A stretch of DNA of 53,372 nucleotides from Archangiaceae bacterium (GTDB taxonomy: Bacteria > Myxococcota > Myxococcia > Myxococcales > Myxococcaceae): the NCBI GenBank assembly GCA_043750125.1, contig JAYVCD010000028.1, forward strand, positions 1 to 53,372. Direction: 5' to 3'. The position numbers and the translations under genes were made by a program. Shown here one piece after another: positions 27,261-36,712 of the stretch (the stretch's first letter is position 1; the number at the start of each line of letters is the position of its first letter). The notes below the pieces were generated by a model. It had not been told where the DNA came from, did not search any database, and was given only the letters and a program-made list of their open reading frames with translations.

Positions 27261-28820
27261 TCAGACCGGCTGAGACGACGGAGGGACTGCGGTGGCCATC
27301 ACCCCGTCCGAGCCGTTGGGCCCGCGACGCTTGCGACGACGGCGGCGCTTGCGACCCGCAGGACCCGCCGGAGCCTCCGCCGACGGAACCGGAGCGGCCC
27401 CCGTTTTCCACTGCTCGAGCTCTTCTCGAAATTCGTCGGTCGCCTCGACCCAGACCTCGAACACCTTCAGCGACTCGTTGAACAGCGGGTGCTTTCGGAA
27501 GCTCATCAACCCGCCCCGGCGGCGCCGCTGACCCGACAAAGTGCGCTGGGCGATCAAGATCATCCGGCAACGTTCGGCGATGCGGCGCGGCAGTCGCGCG
27601 GTCCGCACCAGTTCCTGGAGCAACAGCTCGATCGCCTTGGCCACGCTCGGGCGCCCGTCCTGAGCGGCGTCCGATTCAGGCTCATCGAGCGCGACGGGCA
27701 GCAACAGCGCCGCCAGCAGCATCGAGTCTTCAAACAGCGCCCCAGACTTCACCAGCACATCGAGCGCCTCGGCAAAGCCCCAGTAGGCGTCCTGGCCATC
27801 GGCGTCTTGCTCTTTGAGCCAGTTGTCCAGCGGCGGCAGCAGCACCTTCAGCGCGTCGAGCGCTCGCAGCAACTTGAGGCTGGGCGCCGAGACGCCACCT
27901 CGAATCAAGCGAAACGTTTCTTCCAGCAGACGAGGCGCCGAGCAACGTGAGAGGTCCTCGACCGCCGCTTCCATCGCCGCGTAGGTGCGCGACTCGATGT
28001 CGAACTCCAACTTGCAGGCGAACCGCACCCCTCGCAGCAAGCGTACGGGGTCTTCGCGCATGCGGACTTCAGGGTCGCCGATGGTGCGTATTTCTTTGAG
28101 CCCCAGGTCGCGCACCCCCCGGACGTGGTCGATCACCTTGCCCGCGCCCGGGTCATAGAAGAGCCCGTTGATGGTGAAGTCGCGCCGGCGCGCATCCTCG
28201 ATCGCCGTCCCGAACACATTGTCTTCATCAATGAAAAGGTCGGGCTGCTTTCGTTCGGGCACCGGCGCGACGAACGCCAGCGGCGCCGGCATGTCTTCCA
28301 TCGGAACCTCGCCCAGGTCCGCTTCGATCTCAGGGTGAACGGTCGATTCGACCACCGCTTCCCGGGCCACCTCGGCGACTCCCTCGACATCGGCGACGGC
28401 CATCTCGGCCGTAGCCTCGGTACGAATCTCACCCTCGGCGGCTTCCGAAGGCTGTGGGGGCTCTTCCACCGACGTAATCGGGCTCGCCCGGAAAGTAGAG
28501 ACCTCGAGGATCTTTCCTCCCTTGAAGTACACGTGGGCGAGGCGGAACCTGCGGCCGATCAACCGGCTGTTGCGAAACAGGTCGCGCACCTGGTTCGGCG
28601 TCGCGCTGGTCGCGATGTCGAAGTCTTTGGGCGAACGATTGACCAGCAAATCGCGCACGCACCCGCCGACCAGAAAAGCCTCGTACCCATGCTGGCGCAG
28701 ACGAAGCACCACTCGGACGGCATCGGCATCCAGACGCGCAGGGTCGATCTGCGGGCCCGTGGGACCCGGGGTGGTGTCGTCCGGCAACGGCCTGAGATTG
28801 TCTTCGTTGTTTTGAATCAT
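27261..28820 (-). CDS. pcnB: Poly(A) polymerase I
   Basis: VGGCVRD, KDFD, PAP signature LIGRRFRLAHV, RRDFTIN, EDPVRLLR, Arg-rich C-terminal tail. Confidence 0.93.
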   Translation of the reverse strand: MIQNNEDNLRPLPDDTTPGPTGPQIDPARLDADAVRVVLRLRQHGYEAFLVGGCVRDLLVNRSPKDFDIATSATPNQVRDLFRNSRLIGRRFRLAHVYFKGGKILEVSTFRASPITSVEEPPQPSEAAEGEIRTEATAEMAVADVEGVAEVAREAVVESTVHPEIEADLGEVPMEDMPAPLAFVAPVPERKQPDLFIDEDNVFGTAIEDARRRDFTINGLFYDPGAGKVIDHVRGVRDLGLKEIRTIGDPEVRMREDPVRLLRGVRFACKLEFDIESRTYAAMEAAVEDLSRCSAPRLLEETFRLIRGGVSAPSLKLLRALDALKVLLPPLDNWLKEQDADGQDAYWGFAEALDVLVKSGALFEDSMLLAALLLPVALDEPESDAAQDGRPSVAKAIELLLQELVRTARLPRRIAERCRMILIAQRTLSGQRRRRGGLMSFRKHPLFNESLKVFEVWVEATDEFREELEQWKTGAAPVPSAEAPAGPAGRKRRRRRKRRGPNGSDGVMATAVPPSSQPV

Positions 28821-28920
28821 TCGTTTTTTCGCCCAACCAGAAAGCTTCCAAGGGGGAGGCCACGGGGACTGAGGGCGGTATACCGAAAAGCCCGCCTCAT
28901 GACCTAATCACGTCTCACGT

Positions 28921-29955
28921 TCAGCGCTTCTTGCCCTTCTTGTCCCGGGGCCGCGCATCGTCGATCAACGACAGGTAATCGACATCTCGCACCGGCGGAG
29001 GGGCCGGCGTCGCCCCCAGCGCGGCAATGCGCTTGGTGAAAGCGGCCAGAATGTCCGGAACCGGCCGCACCGAGTTGAGCAGCGCCGAAGGCCCTGACAG
29101 CGCCTCGGTGAGAGACTGCGCCACTTCGGCCATCGGCAAGCCCCGCCGCAGCAGGTCTTGAAACGAGTTCGACAGCGTCAGCAGGTTGTAGCCGGCGGTC
29201 TGAATCATCTCGACTGCGATCTTCACCACCTGGGTCGCCGTCAGGTGTCCATCGGCCATCAACACCAGCGCCGCCTGGAAATAGTTGAAGATGGGCACGA
29301 CCCGCGGTCCGTACTTGGTGAAGAACGCCGGGGGCGTCAGTCGGTCGAGGTTGATGAAGATCCTTCGCACCGGGTCCGAGACGCCGATCTTTTCCCACTG
29401 CCGCATGATGCGGGTGATGTCGTCCGGGTAGACCTCAGAGGCCTCGAGGACCCGGTACACCACCGGCTCGTTGACCCGCCGCGCCACCATGTCTGCGTAG
29501 AGCGAATAGATGAACGCGTCGGCCTCGGCATCGTCGCCGAACAGCACCTCTTCCGAGTCTACCGGTGCGCGCGCGCGGCTCTCGAGCAGCACCGGCAACT
29601 TGTAGCCCACCTGGCCGCGCAAGGCCTTGAACCGCCCCCGCAGAATGTTGCTGACGTTGTCTTTGAGTACCAGCTCGTCGAATTCCACCCCGTCGAGCTT
29701 CAGCTTCTCTGACAGTACCGCGCGCATCTGGGTCGGGCTGCCCGAGACGATGCACAGCCGAGAGTCGCCGCGGGCCTTCAGCTCGCGAATCAATGCCGCC
29801 GCTCCGGGCACCGCTTTCTTTTCGGTCGCTTTTTGCAGTGCGGTCCTCACCAACTGCCGCAGCGAATCGAAGTCCGTCTGCAGGTACGTCTTGTCCAGGT
29901 CCCAGCGGTAGATGCGCTTGGGAGGAATCGGGTCGATGCGGTCGACGAGGCTCAC
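28921..29955 (-). CDS. HAD-family phosphatase (App1/LNS2-like phosphatidate phosphatase candidate)
   Basis: Motif I WDLDKT, motif II IVSGSP, motif III GYKL, motif IV FGDDAEAD; GTGA overlap with plsX. Confidence 0.75.
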   Translation of the reverse strand: MSLVDRIDPIPPKRIYRWDLDKTYLQTDFDSLRQLVRTALQKATEKKAVPGAAALIRELKARGDSRLCIVSGSPTQMRAVLSEKLKLDGVEFDELVLKDNVSNILRGRFKALRGQVGYKLPVLLESRARAPVDSEEVLFGDDAEADAFIYSLYADMVARRVNEPVVYRVLEASEVYPDDITRIMRQWEKIGVSDPVRRIFINLDRLTPPAFFTKYGPRVVPIFNYFQAALVLMADGHLTATQVVKIAVEMIQTAGYNLLTLSNSFQDLLRRGLPMAEVAQSLTEALSGPSALLNSVRPVPDILAAFTKRIAALGATPAPPPVRDVDYLSLIDDARPRDKKGKKR

Positions 29956-31025
29956 GATGCTTTGAGGCCTTCCTGAATCGAACGGGCCAGGTCATTGGCA
30001 ACGGCCTTCGCCGCCACCTTTCCTGCATTGGTGATCGCCCGGGACTTCGAACGACCGTGAGCCTTGATGAAGATTCGATCGAAACCCAGCACCGGAGCGC
30101 CGCCGTACTGTTCCCAGTCGGTCACCTGTTTGATCCGCTCGAAGCCGCTGGACAGCATCGCCAGGCCCGCGCGCCAGAGCAGCTTCTCTTTGTACGCGTA
30201 CTTCGCCAGCGCCATCACCGTCTCATGCACTCCCTCGAGCATCTTCAGGCACACGTTGCCCACGAAGCCGTCACACACCACGACATCGGCGGTGCCTTTG
30301 GGAATGTCGATGCCTTCGACGTTGCCAATGAAGCGCAGACCTTTGACGTGCTGCAGCCGGGCGTTGGCTTCGACCACCCGCGGAGGACCCTTCTGCGCCT
30401 CGGTACCATTCGAGAGCAGCGCGACCGAGGGGTTCGGGTTTCGCGAGATGATCCGCGAGTACGCGGCCCCCATCACCGCGAATGCCACCAGGTCATCGGC
30501 GCTGGCGTCGACCGTCGCTCCGACATCGAGGATCAACGAGAAGGGGTCGTCCTTCTCTCCGTGGGCGCTCTGCGTCGGGTACACGGTGGCCAGCGCGGCC
30601 CGCTTGACCCCCGGAATCAGCTTGAAGGTCCGCGCGCACGCCAGGACTCCCGCCCCGGTGTTGCCTGCCGACACCAGCGCTTCGGCATCGCCTGCGGCGA
30701 CCAACTGGGCCGCCACCAATACCGAGGCGTCGCGCTTCTCATCGAGCGCCGCCGCGGGCTTCTCGTGCATCGCAACGAACTGCGCTGCGTGATGCACCAC
30801 CACCCGTTCGGCGTTGTGGCGAATGCGCGAAAGCGCGTGGTCAATCAGCGCGCGATCTCCCACGAAGAGAGCATGAATGTGCGGGGTGTCGAGCGTCAAC
30901 TGGGCCGCGCCCCGAATGATCTCTTCGGGCCCGTGATCGCCCCCCATCACGTCGAAGGCGATCGTCACCGGGCGAACCGACCCCGGCGAAGGCGGCTTTT
31001 CGGCTGCTTTCTCTTTTCTTGCCAC
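29952..31025 (-). CDS. plsX: Phosphate acyltransferase PlsX
   Basis: IAFDVMGGDHGP, VSAGNTGA, LDVGA, NGTE..KG, FIGNVEG, DGFVGNV.LK..EG, YGGAPVLG, KAHGRS. Confidence 0.93.
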   Translation of the reverse strand: MARKEKAAEKPPSPGSVRPVTIAFDVMGGDHGPEEIIRGAAQLTLDTPHIHALFVGDRALIDHALSRIRHNAERVVVHHAAQFVAMHEKPAAALDEKRDASVLVAAQLVAAGDAEALVSAGNTGAGVLACARTFKLIPGVKRAALATVYPTQSAHGEKDDPFSLILDVGATVDASADDLVAFAVMGAAYSRIISRNPNPSVALLSNGTEAQKGPPRVVEANARLQHVKGLRFIGNVEGIDIPKGTADVVVCDGFVGNVCLKMLEGVHETVMALAKYAYKEKLLWRAGLAMLSSGFERIKQVTDWEQYGGAPVLGFDRIFIKAHGRSKSRAITNAGKVAAKAVANDLARSIQEGLKAS

Positions 31026-31037
31026 CTTCGACGCCCC

Positions 31038-32918
31038 TTACGGATTGACGCTTGCTTCTTTGCGCTCCGCGGCCGGCGCTTCTTTTTCAATGCAGCTCTT
31101 GGTCAGCGTGTACTGGTACGTGCCCAGCTCATCGCGCCAGTACTCGCCCACGTAGGGCCAGTAGAAGTGGTCATCGCTCACCGCCACGCTGTAGGCGACC
31201 TTCTTCACAATTTCAGTCCGCTTCCCGTCGGGCCCCAGCTGGGTCTCGAGGAAGTCTTTCTCTTTGGCGTTCGTCTCGAACTTGATGCGCAGGCCGTTGG
31301 CCCTCAGCGTCTTCAGTGCCCCCAGCTCGAATTCCAGCTTGCTCTTCGCCATCACCCCGGCGGTTTTGATCAGCTCGAGCCGCTGCGCCTTGAGGCCCTC
31401 GATCAAACTCTTGGCGAGGTTGCTGAACTTGAACGCGTCGGGCTTGGCCCCAAAGCCGTCGATCTCGCCTTCCAGCTCGGTAATCGAGTCAGACGTTTTC
31501 TTCAGGTCTTTGTCCGTCAGCGCGAGCTTCAAGATCCGCTCGAGCAGCTCGTCGGTGCCTTTCTTCACCAGGCCTTCCTTGTTCCTCTTCTGAATGCCCG
31601 CCAGCACGTCGAAGTACGCAGCAGCGTCCATGTCCTTGTCGACCAGCGCCGACAGCTCTTCTTGCACCGGGCCGTAGATCCGCTCGAAGTCCTCGATGAT
31701 CGACAGCGACTCGCGGTACCGGCAATTCTCGTAATAAATGACTGCCTTCAAAATCAGAGCCTCGGGGAAATACTCTTCGCGAAAGAACGGCGAGGCCAGC
31801 GTGATCAAATTGCCCAGCGATTGCTCGTACTGGCCGATGCGGTAGTTGGCCCAGCTGCCTTCGAAGAGCGCCTCGAGCCACTGGGTGTTTCCGCGCTCGA
31901 CCTTGTTGAAATAGAAAATCGCGTACCGATTCTGCCGCGCCCCGTAGTGGGTTCGACCCAGCTGCATGAACGCCAACTCGCGCAGTGCCTGCAGCGCGCG
32001 CACTTCTGCGGTAATGGGCCCAGGCGGAACGCGGGTGACGCGAATCACCTCTTTCATCGCTTCCAGCGCGCTCTCGGGCTTGTTCTCACGGAAGTAGGCC
32101 AGGCCCTCGAGGTACTTGGCCTTCGGGTAGAAGACGTCTCCTTTGGGGATCATCAGAATCAACCGCTTGACCTCATCGAAGCTCTTGTTCGCCTCGCCCG
32201 TCTGCGGAGGGTCGACCTCGTCGAGCGCCTTGCCGCGAACGAAGTAGTAGCGCGCCAACAGGTAGCGAAACTCATTTCGAAACCGCTCGGGGAACTCGAA
32301 GTTCGCGTACTTGGCGATCTCGTTGAGCACCACCTGCTCGTTCACCGTCTTCCGACTGATGAAGAACAGCCACTCGAGCGAGCTCTTGAAGAATTTCGTC
32401 TGGGGTCCACGGCCGAGGATGGCGGAAAACTGCCCCAGGCTCGAGTGGTACATGCCCATTCGATACAAGCTCTTCGCGAGAAAATACTGCGCCTCGACGG
32501 AAAGCGCGGCCAGCTTCGGGTCATTCATCAGCTCCGAGCTGGTCAGCGCCGCTTTGTCATACTGCTCGTTCTTGAACTGGGTAATCACCACGTCCAGTTT
32601 TTGACGGTCACCCGACTTTCCGGTCACGTCCACCGCGTCGAAGCTCATCGTCGGAGCCGCCTTCCCGTCCCTCTTCTTGTCGTCGCCCTTGCTCTCTGCT
32701 TTCGAGTCCTGCGTCAGGTCGAGGCCTCCTTCCGGCATCGGCACCGCGTCCTTCTCTTCGTCCTTCTTCTCTTCTTTCTTGGGGGCGTTGCCTGGCGACT
32801 TCTTTTTCTTTTTCTTGCCGCCCAGATCGAGCCCTTCAAAATTCATCTGGGCGTGCGCGACCAACGGGCTCGCGAAGGCCAGCAGTGTTCCCACCACCAA
32901 TGCGCGTTTGAAGTTCAT
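31038..32918 (-). CDS. gltC: Gliding motility TPR protein GltC
   Basis: Signal peptide, TPR arrays, C-terminal YWPYVGEYWRDELGTYQYTLTKSC motif; located in the G2 cluster. Confidence 0.9.
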   Translation of the reverse strand: MNFKRALVVGTLLAFASPLVAHAQMNFEGLDLGGKKKKKKSPGNAPKKEEKKDEEKDAVPMPEGGLDLTQDSKAESKGDDKKRDGKAAPTMSFDAVDVTGKSGDRQKLDVVITQFKNEQYDKAALTSSELMNDPKLAALSVEAQYFLAKSLYRMGMYHSSLGQFSAILGRGPQTKFFKSSLEWLFFISRKTVNEQVVLNEIAKYANFEFPERFRNEFRYLLARYYFVRGKALDEVDPPQTGEANKSFDEVKRLILMIPKGDVFYPKAKYLEGLAYFRENKPESALEAMKEVIRVTRVPPGPITAEVRALQALRELAFMQLGRTHYGARQNRYAIFYFNKVERGNTQWLEALFEGSWANYRIGQYEQSLGNLITLASPFFREEYFPEALILKAVIYYENCRYRESLSIIEDFERIYGPVQEELSALVDKDMDAAAYFDVLAGIQKRNKEGLVKKGTDELLERILKLALTDKDLKKTSDSITELEGEIDGFGAKPDAFKFSNLAKSLIEGLKAQRLELIKTAGVMAKSKLEFELGALKTLRANGLRIKFETNAKEKDFLETQLGPDGKRTEIVKKVAYSVAVSDDHFYWPYVGEYWRDELGTYQYTLTKSCIEKEAPAAERKEASVNP

Positions 32919-32923
32919 GGCGG

Positions 32924-33667
32924 TCACCCCGGCTCGAAGGTGGTGGGAAGGAAGATGCTCAAGCCCAGCTCACCCATCAGTTGGTTTCGGAAACTGGACT
33001 TCACATCGGGCAACGTAAACGACTCATTGTAGAGGAGGTCCCGCAGCTCGAGCCGCACGCTCAAGAACTTGTTGACGAAAAACCGCGCCCCCACGCCGAC
33101 ATTGCCGCCCACCGTCGGCGTGTTGTTCGGCCCGTACATGATGAACGTCGGACCCAGCGCGGCGTACATGTTGAACTCGAGGAACTTCTCGGCCACCAGG
33201 CCGATCTTCCCGTAGATCGGGGCCAACTGCAGCTCGAGGCCGGCGTTGAGGCTCATCTGGCCGTAGGCGCTGTTGTTGGTCAGCTCTTCCTTCGTTGGAG
33301 GCCGGCACCCGCGTCCACCCGACGCTTCGGTGGTGCAGATCTGCGCCGCGTTCGAGACACTCGAAATGCTGTAGGCACCGCGCAGCGACAAGCCTACCAC
33401 TTCGCTGAAGTGGTAGGTGAGCGCCAGAGTCGGAGTCACCTTCAAGAAGAAGGCATCTTTGATCGAAAGTCCTACTCCCGGACTCGCCTCGAACCGGCCT
33501 TTCATCAGGAACTGGTGGCCCGAAACAGGACGCACCCGCTCGCGCAACGGCCCGGCGGAATCCTTGTCGGCTTCCGAAACGTCTCCGGCCTCTTCCTCGC
33601 TCTTCTGCGCAAATGCTGCCAGCGGCAGCAACGCGAGCAACAACAACAGGCGAAGCGACGGCATCAT
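32924..33667 (-). CDS. gltA: Gliding outer-membrane beta-barrel GltA
   Basis: Signal peptide, KGRFEASP, APIYGK, RLELRD strands; second of two barrels before gltC (naming by gene order). Confidence 0.8.
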   Translation of the reverse strand: MMPSLRLLLLLALLPLAAFAQKSEEEAGDVSEADKDSAGPLRERVRPVSGHQFLMKGRFEASPGVGLSIKDAFFLKVTPTLALTYHFSEVVGLSLRGAYSISSVSNAAQICTTEASGGRGCRPPTKEELTNNSAYGQMSLNAGLELQLAPIYGKIGLVAEKFLEFNMYAALGPTFIMYGPNNTPTVGGNVGVGARFFVNKFLSVRLELRDLLYNESFTLPDVKSSFRNQLMGELGLSIFLPTTFEPG

Positions 33668-34467
33668 TCAGACTCCCGGTAGGTCGACTTGAAGGGAATG
33701 AAGAGCGAAAATCCGGCGTAGATCGCCATCACGTTCTGCGCGATTCCCTTGGTGGTTCCCACCGGTTGATCGACGTAGGTGGTGTTGATCAAAGCGACGT
33801 TGATGGCGAAAAAATCCTTCGCCACGAAGCGAATGCCCAGGCCCAGATCCGCAGCGGGGTTCACCGTGCGACCTTCGAGTTTGCTCGTCTCGGTGAAGAC
33901 CACTCCCATCCCCCCCAAGACGTACGCGTCGAGATGGAGAATGGAGTTCATGAACGAAACCTTTCCGTAAAACGGGCTCCACTCGAAGTCGCCCATCACC
34001 GACCAGATCGGTTTGGAAACGAAGATCTGCGATTGGAACGCTAGTTTGGCCACCCGCACATCGTCCGATTTCAACACCGTCATGTACGAGCCGCGCACCG
34101 AGATCGCCAAGGCGTCAGCGGGGTAGAAGGCCGCCCGAAGCGCACCGCCGAATTTCGTGTAGTACGGGTCGTTGACGCTCACCATCACGTAGGGCGCCAG
34201 CTCGAAGCGGCCGCGTTTCAGGTACAGCTTGCGCTGTACACTTTTCACCCGGTCTTCCTGGGTGATGTCGCGCTCGACGGCCGGGCCGTCATTCTTCGCC
34301 TTGACCGCTTTCCTCTCGGGCGGCGGGGCGGCCTTTACCGGCTCGGGTGCCTTGTCGGGCTTCTTGTCATCTGTGAGGTCGAGCCCTTCAAATTCCTTCT
34401 GTTCCTTTTGAGCAAACGCGATCGAGCCCACAAGCAGCAGGATTGCCAACGGCAGTTTCCGGATCAA
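33664..34467 (-). CDS. gltB: Gliding outer-membrane beta-barrel GltB
   Basis: Signal peptide, DRVKSVQRKLYLKRGRFELAP, WSPFYGK; GGAG RBS before the TTG start; adjacent and divergent to gltK. Confidence 0.8.
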   Translation of the reverse strand: MIRKLPLAILLLVGSIAFAQKEQKEFEGLDLTDDKKPDKAPEPVKAAPPPERKAVKAKNDGPAVERDITQEDRVKSVQRKLYLKRGRFELAPYVMVSVNDPYYTKFGGALRAAFYPADALAISVRGSYMTVLKSDDVRVAKLAFQSQIFVSKPIWSVMGDFEWSPFYGKVSFMNSILHLDAYVLGGMGVVFTETSKLEGRTVNPAADLGLGIRFVAKDFFAINVALINTTYVDQPVGTTKGIAQNVMAIYAGFSLFIPFKSTYRESE

Positions 34468-34633
34468 ATTGGTATCTCCACGTCTTCAGCCCGCCGCGTG
34501 CAAGCCGACGAACCCCTTTGGAAAAGTGCCCGGACTCTACCGGCGGGATTTTACGCCTTCAACATTGCTGAAGGGGGCATGGTACGTTCTGCGCGCTTCT
34601 TCCGAAGGGGTCGTTTTCCGGAGAATCGCTTCC

Positions 34634-35140
34634 ATGCTCGCTCGTTCGCTCATCGTTTCCCTCGCAGTGGCCCTTCTTGTTGGCTGCACGCCCGCCACCG
34701 ACCTCGGCAGTCCGTGCCAGATGGTCAAGCGCGATCCGAATGTCGATGGGGGCCGCCTGTTCATCAAGAACAGCGAAATCAAGGTGGGCGCCAACAAGGA
34801 CTTCATCTCGTTCGGCGCCACTCAATGCGAAAATTTTGTTTGCGTGCGCGACGCCGACTACCCGGTTCCCGATGGAGGCTTCGTCCCAGACGAGATCGCG
34901 TCGGGATACTGCTCGGACCACTGTGCCCCCGGAGCCGCCTGCCCCGCTCAAAACGGAAACGACGACAACGACGCGCGGCTGAGGTTGACCTGCCGCCCGC
35001 TGTTGCTCGACACCGAAACGCTGGCCTTGATTTGCAACGGAAGCCCGGAAGACAGAGCCAAGTGCAAAGCGTATTTTGGTAACACCAGTAAGCCCGACTT
35101 CTGCGCGCGCGGTGGAGTCCTTCCCGACGCGGGCATCTGA
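34634..35140 (+). CDS. gltK: Gliding motility lipoprotein GltK/CglC
   Basis: Lipobox LLVGC, DLGSPCQMVK, KDFISFGATQCENFVCVRD, GYCS, LTCRPLLLD; Cys-rich; divergent from gltB. Confidence 0.87.
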   Translation: MLARSLIVSLAVALLVGCTPATDLGSPCQMVKRDPNVDGGRLFIKNSEIKVGANKDFISFGATQCENFVCVRDADYPVPDGGFVPDEIASGYCSDHCAPGAACPAQNGNDDNDARLRLTCRPLLLDTETLALICNGSPEDRAKCKAYFGNTSKPDFCARGGVLPDAGI

Positions 35141-35236
35141 AGTTTGCCAGCCGTGTAGGTGGGCTGCCTACGCTTGCCCCGCCGGGTTGGTAGTTCGTAC
35201 GGACTAGATCTTCCGGCTGACTGGTTCGTGAACCTT

Positions 35237-35260
35237 GGGAACGGACCTTGCTGTCCGTTC
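35237..35260 (+). promoter_or_regulatory. Candidate sigma54 -24/-12 promoter overlapped by a perfect 8-bp inverted repeat
   Basis: GGGAACGGACCTTGCT fits GG-N10-GC with TTGC; GAACGGAC (35239-46) and GTCCGTTC (35253-60); AGGAG RBS before ATG 35289. Confidence 0.55.
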
Positions 35261-35288
35261 GTTGCCTCAACAAATCCCAGGAGCACAG

Positions 35289-36689
35289 ATGAACCGAACC
35301 GGAATCTTCCTTGCTGCCGCTGCAGTGCTGGCCCTCGTCGCCCTCGTGGCCGGCCTGCCGCATGTGGGCCGCGATACTCCCGCTCACTTTCCCGCCGTGA
35401 AGCCCCCGTCGACCTCCAGCACCGGCAGTCTGAAGATGACCGGCCGACTTTCCCACCCCTACGTGGGATTGGGCCGCTCAGACATCTTCCTTTCCGTCGA
35501 CCTTCAAGGCGTCGACGCACCAGGGGCTGCGCGCGCGCCCCTGAACCTGGCGTTGGTCATTGATCGATCGGGGTCGATGTCCGGCTTCAAGCTGACCCAG
35601 GCCAAACAGGCCGCCAAGCAGCTGGTCTCGCAGCTGACCCAAAATGACAGATTGTCGATTGTTCACTACGGCAGTGACGTGAAGTCCATGGCGGGCGCGT
35701 TCGCCACCACCGAGAACAAAGAGCGGATGCTCTCGTACATCGAAGGCATCTGGGACGACGGCGGCACCAACATCGGGGCGGGACTTTCCACCGGCAGAGA
35801 TCTGCTGCTCGCCGCCAAGAGCGACTTCCGGGTCAATCGAATGATCCTCATCTCGGACGGCCAGCCCACCGAAGGGCTCACCGACCCCGACGGGCTCAAC
35901 GCCATCGTTCGCCAGACCCGGCAGCAGGGGATCTCGGTCTCGAGCATCGGAGTCGGCACCGATTTCAACGAAGACCTGATGCAGAGCTTTGCCGAGGCCG
36001 GCTCAGGCGCGTACGCGTACCTCGCCGATGCTTCGCAGCTGACCACCATCTTCCAGAAAGATTTGAACCAGGCCGGCACCCAGGTCGCACGCGCAGTCAG
36101 CTTGAGCTTCGAGCTGCCCCCCGGAATCGAGCTGGGCGAAGTGCTCGGATACCGCGCGATTCAAACTGGGCGCAGCGTTCGGATTTCGATGCCGGACTTC
36201 GCGGCCTCGCAGCTCGAGCGCATCGTGGCCCGCGTCGTGGTCGATGGCGCAACCTCGGGCAGTTCAATCGACGTGGCCCACCTGCGCCTCGAATACACCG
36301 ACTTGCTGAAGAATGAGTCGGTCTCTGACGACGCCTCGCTGAGCGCGATGGTCACCGACAAAAGCGAAGTGGTGATGCTGAACCGCGACAAGGAAGCCTC
36401 GGTGTTCGCCGCCCGCGCTCGCAGCGCTGTCAACACCCGGCAGGCAGCCGACCTGCTCAAGCAAGGACAGACCGACAAGGCCAACGCGTTGCTCGACCAG
36501 AACAGCTTCTTCTTCGAGGAAGCCTCGCAAGTGGCCGGGCCGGCTTCGGTGGCCACGGACCTGGCCGAGCAGAAGACGATGCGCGAGGACTTCGGGAACG
36601 CGCGGGACGACGAGGGCCGACAGGCTGTGACCAAGGCGGCCAAGCGAAAGGCCCGGCTCGATTTCGGCCTTCAGGGCTCGACCTACTGA
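35289..36689 (+). CDS. vWA domain protein (YfbK-like) with N-terminal signal or membrane anchor
   Basis: PLNLALVIDRSGSM (DxSxS), GGTN, ISDG MIDAS residues, IGVGTDFNEDLM. Confidence 0.92.
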   Translation: MNRTGIFLAAAAVLALVALVAGLPHVGRDTPAHFPAVKPPSTSSTGSLKMTGRLSHPYVGLGRSDIFLSVDLQGVDAPGAARAPLNLALVIDRSGSMSGFKLTQAKQAAKQLVSQLTQNDRLSIVHYGSDVKSMAGAFATTENKERMLSYIEGIWDDGGTNIGAGLSTGRDLLLAAKSDFRVNRMILISDGQPTEGLTDPDGLNAIVRQTRQQGISVSSIGVGTDFNEDLMQSFAEAGSGAYAYLADASQLTTIFQKDLNQAGTQVARAVSLSFELPPGIELGEVLGYRAIQTGRSVRISMPDFAASQLERIVARVVVDGATSGSSIDVAHLRLEYTDLLKNESVSDDASLSAMVTDKSEVVMLNRDKEASVFAARARSAVNTRQAADLLKQGQTDKANALLDQNSFFFEEASQVAGPASVATDLAEQKTMREDFGNARDDEGRQAVTKAAKRKARLDFGLQGSTY

Positions 36690-36712
36690 CACCTTCTTTC
36701 AAGAGGACGACC

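Noticed and set aside
28870..28899. Imperfect hairpin TGAGGGCGG...CCCGCCTCA upstream of pcnB as a terminator
   Set aside because: The stem is bulged and has no U-tract on the coding strand; support is too weak.
29793..33032. 1079-aa + strand ORF
   Set aside because: Antisense shadow of plsX and gltC; no motifs; expected from stop-codon scarcity in high-GC DNA.
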